From: an uncultured Fibrobacterota bacterium
Lineage (GTDB): Bacteria; Fibrobacterota; Chitinivibrionia; Chitinivibrionales; FEN-1185
NCBI GenBank assembly: GCA_963753345.1
Contig: CAVWBU010000015.1
Location: 120,203-184,202 of the forward strand
DNA length: 64,000 nt
Direction of reading: 5' to 3'
The notes below the pieces were generated by a model, which made no database searches, had not been told where the DNA came from, and saw only the letters and a program-made list of their open reading frames with translations. Made by a program: the position numbers and the translations under genes. This document shows positions 58,869-64,000 of this stretch, in pieces; positions within the stretch are counted from its first letter, which is position 1, and each line of letters begins with the position of its first letter.

Positions 58869-59363
58869 TCCCCGTCTTGCGGTACATTGCGGTGAGGCAA
58901 AGGGCGGGGCCAAATTCGGCCCCGAGTTGCCGTTTGTTTCTTATTCCTTAACCGTTTCGCGCACAGTTATTACATCCTCAATTAATTCTATTTTAGCAAT
59001 TATATTTCAGCCATTTTAACCCGCATGGCGTTGTTCCATTGAGCAATGGAATGACGGCCATGTGCAGGTTGGGCGCAGTTCGCGGATGCGAATTGCGCTG
59101 GGTGTTTAGATTTGTTTTATTGCCTTTCGCACCGCCAGCATGGCGGTGCTTTCATGCGCAAAACGGATTTAATTCATTCGCGAGCGGCTATAAGTTTAGA
59201 CATTCAATCCTAAATCTCGTCTTTTCCCGCTCGTGAATATAATTATTAGTCAGTTAACAAACGGCAATTGAACACGAACTACATCATGCCTGCCACTCAA
59301 ACACAAATTGCCCGATAGCGGACAATCAACCATTCCGAACCCGTTTTCTGGCCTTTTCATGGC

Positions 59364-59370
59364 ATACAAC
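59364..59370 (-). other. attI-like core site (GTTGTAT)
   Basis: Lies about 24 bp downstream of the recombinase stop codon and is complementary (6/7) to the ACACAAC box of the attC-like hairpin. Confidence 0.4.
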
Positions 59371-59393
59371 GCTCCTTTAGTCTGCCCATCTCT

Positions 59394-60662
59394 TCAGGAA
59401 ACGTTCAAGGAGGCAAGCGGACTTCTGATTTTTGCAATCTCCTCTCTGCTGACATGCGTGTAAATTTGGGTGGTCTTGATGCTCGAATGGCCGAGCAGCA
59501 CCTGTATTTGACGGAGATCAACGCCTTGCTCAAGAAGGTGCGTGGCGTAACTGTGCCGTAAGGAATGAATACCTCCTCGGCGCTGGATACCGGCCTTCTT
59601 GCACGCATTGTCATAAATCTTTTCTACGGTTCGTGAAGGATAGGGTCGTCCTTTTTCCGAGCCTTCAAAGAAATAAACCAGATCGGAGTTTCTTGCCAGG
59701 TATCGCCGGATCGGCAGTACCATGCATTGATCGAGCGGCATGTCGCGCTCCTTTGATCCCTTGCCATGAATTCGTATGACTGCGCGGTCCCAGTTGATAT
59801 CGTTTGGCTTCAACATGACGATTTCATTCAATCGCAGGCCGCAGCCATAGGCCAGCACAAGGACCAACTTATGTTTGGGATTGGATGCAGCCTCAAGGAG
59901 CTTTTGCACATCTCCTTGTCCGTAAACCTTTGGAAGACTCTTGCCAACCTTCATGCGAGGTAATCCGGAAACAGCTTCCGCGTTGCCGACAACTTTGCTG
60001 TAAAAAAAAGAAATCGCGGCTGCGGCGAGGTTTACCGTTCGGGGAGCCAACCCTCTGTCCGATTTGAGGTGCAGCAAATGGGTCTTTATCCTATCATCGT
60101 CTGTGGGTGCAGGGTGTCTGCCTAGGACTTCAAGATACCGCCTTACCGCGTTGCTGTAAATGGCCAGGGTTCTTTGACTGAAATTTTGTACCTTCAATTC
60201 TTTGGACAGGCGAGAGATCCATTGGTCCAGTTCGGGCTTCCAGTTTGTCGTGGGATTGCAATAGATAGTCTTCTTTGTTTCAGGCAAGGCAGCCGGAATT
60301 TGCGGTACTGTATCGCTCGAATTGATGGGAGTTTCAATCCGATTCTTACGTGTGGGGACCTCTGATGGCTGTCCGGATGGCTTACTCAGCGCCGCCAGGT
60401 GCTTTTCCGACCGCGCCACGGTCTCGTAAAACATCACCAGGGGCTGCCGGACGTCGTTCTGTTGCCTCCCGATGAACGAAAGCAACTTGTCGACGTCGAT
60501 GTCCCTCGGGTTCCCCGGATTTTCCGATAGAAACTTATTGACAATGGCATAATGGAACCGCGAAAGGTTCTGACCGATCCCGCGCGCGGTCAATTCGCGT
60601 GACAACTTCTTGAGCCAGACTTCTCGCCATTCGTCATTTGTGGTAGGGCTGGTCGTTTCCAT
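59394..60662 (-). CDS. Tyrosine recombinase (integron-integrase-like, no IntI insertion, duplicated N-terminal domain)
   Basis: YGCGLRLNE (R), GKGSKER (K), HSLRHSYATHLL (HxxR), LLGH and TTQIYTHV (Y). Start set at ATG 60662. Confidence 0.92.
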   Translation of the reverse strand: METTSPTTNDEWREVWLKKLSRELTARGIGQNLSRFHYAIVNKFLSENPGNPRDIDVDKLLSFIGRQQNDVRQPLVMFYETVARSEKHLAALSKPSGQPSEVPTRKNRIETPINSSDTVPQIPAALPETKKTIYCNPTTNWKPELDQWISRLSKELKVQNFSQRTLAIYSNAVRRYLEVLGRHPAPTDDDRIKTHLLHLKSDRGLAPRTVNLAAAAISFFYSKVVGNAEAVSGLPRMKVGKSLPKVYGQGDVQKLLEAASNPKHKLVLVLAYGCGLRLNEIVMLKPNDINWDRAVIRIHGKGSKERDMPLDQCMVLPIRRYLARNSDLVYFFEGSEKGRPYPSRTVEKIYDNACKKAGIQRRGGIHSLRHSYATHLLEQGVDLRQIQVLLGHSSIKTTQIYTHVSREEIAKIRSPLASLNVS

Positions 60663-60885
60663 TCGGGGCCTGATCTCCCGCGGGTTGGAGTGGGGCGTGT
60701 CGCGGGGACTGGTTAAAAAACAATTCATGCGGTGTATGGATGCAAGGATAATTGCAAAAGCGGAAATGGACATATCAATCAATCCGGAGATTGCTTCGTC
60801 GCCTGCAGTTCCTCGCAATTACACCTCTTCGTGATTAGCCGAAAGAAAATTTGCCATCCGATATTCCGCAACAACAGCTCTCCGC

Positions 60886-61011
60886 GGGTGCCCCCACAAC
60901 ATAGGTTGATACTTGCCAGTTTACTACCTCGGGGTGCACCCAAGAGGGGGTAGCGCAGGACACCGCAGGCCGAAGGCCGAGGAGTCCGGAGCGAGGGGGA
61001 TACTTCCCCCC
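60886..61011 (+). repeat. Structured intergenic repeat family 2, copy 4
   Basis: Aligns with copies at 14164, 18028 and 40335. Confidence 0.8.
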
Positions 61012-61074
61012 TTGAAATCCGCTTTTCTCTTAGCCTTCAACAACCTCTCTTCAGATAGTATTTTATCTCTGCTC

Positions 61075-63552
61075 ATGAAAAACTCTCCATTTTTTCGTCA
61101 GAAAACAGGCGCATCGATCCGTCCAGTCCATGCATTTGTGCTTGTTGCCGCGTGGTCTGCTGCCAGCATGTTCCTTCTTTCCGGCGGCTGCGGAAACCCG
61201 GTTGCCGATAAGCGCATTGCGCCTCGCTTTGCCGCGCCTGCCGACACCGCTGTGTTTGTGAAGGACTCCGTTGTTGTCAAGGCGCACCCGCTCAATGCCG
61301 GGACCGGCGGCATGGATTTCGTGTGGTACCTTGACGGAAGCAAGCTGCCCGGCCGCTCGAAGACCGACAGCGCGTGCGGGCTGTACTTCGGCATCCGCGA
61401 CACCGGCGGCCACAGGCTGGTGGTGTTTGCAGAGGGGAACAACGGTTTATGGTCGGGTCCGGAAACTTCGACTGTTTACGTGCGTCTCGGCAGGCCTGTT
61501 TTGCATCTTTCCGTGCGCGACACGATGGTTTTCCCCGGCGAAACTCTTGCGGTTTTCCCGAAGGCGTTCGATACCAACGGGACAATCGCCGGGTTCTCCT
61601 GGCGCGTTGATTCCGGCGGCCCGGTGTTGTTCGGCCCGCAGGACACCCTTCGTTTCGTGTTTTCGAAACCGGGGAGCGCTCATCGCATTGTGGTGACCGC
61701 AATGGACGACGACAGCCTGGTGTCCGCTCCGGAAAGCCTTGCGGTGGGCATTCTGTTCGATCCTCCTTCGGTTGCGATCTCATGCGCCGGATCCGTGGCA
61801 ATTCACGACACCCTCATGCTGCACGCAGCCCGGCGCGACGCCTTCGGCACCACGGTACGATGGCTGTGGGCAAAGGGCCTCAGGGCGTTTACCGACACGA
61901 CGCTGGCGGATTCCTTCGGGGTTGTCTTCAACCGCTCCGATTCCGGTCTGCGGCACGTGTACGTGAAGGCCGTGGATACGCACGGTCAGGAATCGAATGT
62001 CGACTCCGCGGCCGTTGTGGTGAGGCTCATGGGGCCGGTGGTCGCCATCACGCAGGATACCATGGTGTTCGTAAACGACACGGTCACCATAGCCGCGCGC
62101 GGCGCTGACACAAACGGCTGGGTAGCCCGCTATGTGTGGGCGTTCGACTCCTTGTTTTCCGACACCACCACCGTGCCGTTCGTGCGGCACGCATGGCCGC
62201 TGGCCGACACTGGCCGGGTGAATCTTGTCCGCGTGAAGGCCATCGACAACGATTCCATCGAATCGCGGCCCGACACCATGAGGGTCACCTTGACATATGG
62301 GTTTCCTTACATTGGACGTCCCATACCGGACACGGCCATGCGCTGGACCGACACCATCACCGAACGGTGCATTGCCAACAGCACCGGCGGCAGAATAGAA
62401 AAGTACCTGTGGAATGTCGGCGGCGCGGGCTGGACCGACAGCTCGGAGTCCGATTCAATACGCATCACGGGAAAGCGGCACGGCCTTCTCACGGTGGTCG
62501 CAGGCGCGCGCGATGTCTCCGGGATTGTCGCGGTCGACACGTTTGTCATCAACTGCACTGCGGTGGTATGCTCGGTGTTTGTCATCAATCCCGGGCAGGC
62601 GGATACCCTGTACGTGCCGCTGTGCGGTCTTGGAAAGGGGAAAGTCCGGTTCATGTTCCTGGCCCAGCGCGCGGACCAGGTCGAAGACGCATTTGTCTAC
62701 AAGGTTTTCACGGGCACGTCGCCGTCGAGCATGAGCGCGCAGTTCAGCGGCACGGCCAATGCCACGATTCTTTCCGTGCTTGACACGGGGACATGCTTCT
62801 GGAAGGTGCTCGCCGTGGATTCGCATAACGACAGCGGGTGGACCGCCGGCAGCCAGGTGTGCCGCCTCCAGAAACGCATGTGCTTTGTCGGCCATTCCAT
62901 CGTGACCGGGCTCGGCGGCGATGCGGGGCGCGGCGGCTTCCGAAGGTCCGTGATCGACAGTCTGCGCGCGCGCGCAGGATACCCGCATGGAATAGGCTGC
63001 GAGGGCGCGCTGACAACAGGCCAGCTCAAACCCGATGATGACGATTCATGCATGGCAAGGATCGGCGCGATGGCGTTTGACATTTATGATTCGCTTGCCA
63101 TGTATCCCGATGTCAACGCGGATATTTGGGTGTTCATGAACGGCGTCAACGACGGATACACCAGGTTTCCCGGCTTTTTCTACTGCCAGAACACGATCGA
63201 CATGATGCATTCACGGAACCCGAACAGCGAGATCTACGTCATCAACGGCCTGCCGCTGCCTCACGACACCATGGATGCGCTGTACGTCATCGATTCCACC
63301 GACAGAAAAAACCTCTACACCTTCAACCGGGCGCTCGATTCCCTTGCAATCCAGCGATGCGCGTCCTGGGAGTCGCAGAAGCAGAACGGCGTATGGCTCG
63401 TGGACGCGTTTTCGCCCCTGTCGCTGCCGGACAGTTCGTACAACCCAGCCTACTTCTACGACTTCGTGCATCCGAACCAGTCCGGTTACGAGCTCATGGC
63501 GCAACGTATTCAAAGTACGATGAAATCCGCGAACAGCGCTTATTTCCGGTAG
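61075..63552 (+). CDS. Lipoprotein with tandem PKD/Ig-like repeats and C-terminal SGNH hydrolase
   Basis: Lipobox-like SGGC; repeats D.NG.I..F.W..D and V.A.D.D...S; GHSIVTG, NGVND and DFVHPN. Start set at ATG 61075. Confidence 0.8.
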   Translation: MKNSPFFRQKTGASIRPVHAFVLVAAWSAASMFLLSGGCGNPVADKRIAPRFAAPADTAVFVKDSVVVKAHPLNAGTGGMDFVWYLDGSKLPGRSKTDSACGLYFGIRDTGGHRLVVFAEGNNGLWSGPETSTVYVRLGRPVLHLSVRDTMVFPGETLAVFPKAFDTNGTIAGFSWRVDSGGPVLFGPQDTLRFVFSKPGSAHRIVVTAMDDDSLVSAPESLAVGILFDPPSVAISCAGSVAIHDTLMLHAARRDAFGTTVRWLWAKGLRAFTDTTLADSFGVVFNRSDSGLRHVYVKAVDTHGQESNVDSAAVVVRLMGPVVAITQDTMVFVNDTVTIAARGADTNGWVARYVWAFDSLFSDTTTVPFVRHAWPLADTGRVNLVRVKAIDNDSIESRPDTMRVTLTYGFPYIGRPIPDTAMRWTDTITERCIANSTGGRIEKYLWNVGGAGWTDSSESDSIRITGKRHGLLTVVAGARDVSGIVAVDTFVINCTAVVCSVFVINPGQADTLYVPLCGLGKGKVRFMFLAQRADQVEDAFVYKVFTGTSPSSMSAQFSGTANATILSVLDTGTCFWKVLAVDSHNDSGWTAGSQVCRLQKRMCFVGHSIVTGLGGDAGRGGFRRSVIDSLRARAGYPHGIGCEGALTTGQLKPDDDDSCMARIGAMAFDIYDSLAMYPDVNADIWVFMNGVNDGYTRFPGFFYCQNTIDMMHSRNPNSEIYVINGLPLPHDTMDALYVIDSTDRKNLYTFNRALDSLAIQRCASWESQKQNGVWLVDAFSPLSLPDSSYNPAYFYDFVHPNQSGYELMAQRIQSTMKSANSAYFR

Positions 63553-63647
63553 ACAGGGATGATTATTTGCATGATGTCAAGAGCAATGGATTAGTCATGC
63601 GATGAAGGGGTTAGCCATCCGCATTCCACAATCCGCAATCTGCAATA

Positions 63648-63682
63648 GAAAGGGCCCCGCGGCATTGCCGCAGGGCCCTTTC
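63648..63682. terminator. Hairpin between convergent genes (probable bidirectional terminator)
   Basis: GAAAGGGCCC-CGCGGC-ATT-GCCGCA-GGGCCCTTTC. Confidence 0.7.
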
Positions 63683-63706
63683 AGTCTGTTAATGCTACGC
63701 GTCCGC

Positions 63707-64000
63707 TCAGTGCGTGAGCACGATCTTCTTCGCGGGGCACGCTTCGCCGTTGACGGCAACCGTGACAAAGTAGACGCCGGCGGCGCGGATTCCCGCCTCA
63801 GCCCTTGGAGCGATTGAGACAGAATGCCATCCGGCGGGCTGGCGCAAGGCCGGAATTCGGCTCACCACCTGCCCGTGGGCGTTGAGGATGTCGATCACAA
63901 CGTCCAAACGCCGGGCAGGTAGTACTTGACAAGATGGCCGGCCGTGTAGACCCGCGCGCCCATCGCCCCGCCCGAAAGCGCATTCGGCAGCGCCGGATTT
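63707..64000 (-). CDS. C-terminus of a secreted protein (sorting/FlgD-Ig-like C-terminal domain), apparently frameshifted near 63908
   Basis: ..HLVKYYLPG | LDVVIDILNAHGQVV..QPAGWHSV..AAGVYFVTV..KKIVLTH; the gene starts beyond the window. Confidence 0.65.
   Translation of the reverse strand, partial: KSGAAECAFGRGDGRAGLHGRPSCQVLPARRLDVVIDILNAHGQVVSRIPALRQPAGWHSVSIAPRAEAGIRAAGVYFVTVAVNGEACPAKKIVLTH

Noticed and set aside
59394-60662. Housekeeping xerC/xerD or classical intI assignment
   Set aside because: It lacks the IntI insertion, but has an IntI-like TTQIYTHV end, an extra N-terminal domain and an att-like context; no symbol assigned.
60913-61074. N-terminal ORF extensions through repeats (also 13894..14256, 2095..2304, 40160..40402, 48857..49123, 15196..15303)
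   Set aside because: These are read-throughs of GC-rich palindromic repeats; better starts with signal peptides or family N-termini lie downstream.

Overview
A GC-rich bacterial chromosome segment, mostly housekeeping: cmk, rpsA, hrpB, hisG, etfAB, ybeY, rpsU, nadB, dnaA with an AT-rich putative oriC, a Bat operon, a dGTPase-like gene, ispE, dxs, tgt, a PTS enzyme I and two PII genes. The Bat genes, a LolA/LolDE-like cluster, an Fe-S-fused ETF and secreted proteins with C-terminal sorting-like domains suggest an anaerobic Gram-negative of the FCB group, possibly Fibrobacterota (inference only). The most interesting signals are non-coding. (1) An integron-like locus at about 58.7-60.7 kb: a tyrosine recombinase with no IntI-specific insertion but a duplicated N-terminal domain, followed in the same orientation by an attI-like GTT core, a ~590-bp gene-less structured segment and a 94-bp attC-like hairpin. 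(2) Two dispersed structured repeat families, four copies each, with compensatory base changes; they occur in tandem twice. (3) Phased 8-bp inverted arrays inside operons. (4) Non-canonical TTNTCAACA boxes next to a DnaA with an altered recognition helix. The tandem PII pair shows complementary loss of effector-site motifs. Four single-base frameshifts in otherwise intact genes most likely reflect assembly indels. No rRNA, tRNA or CRISPR array was recognised.
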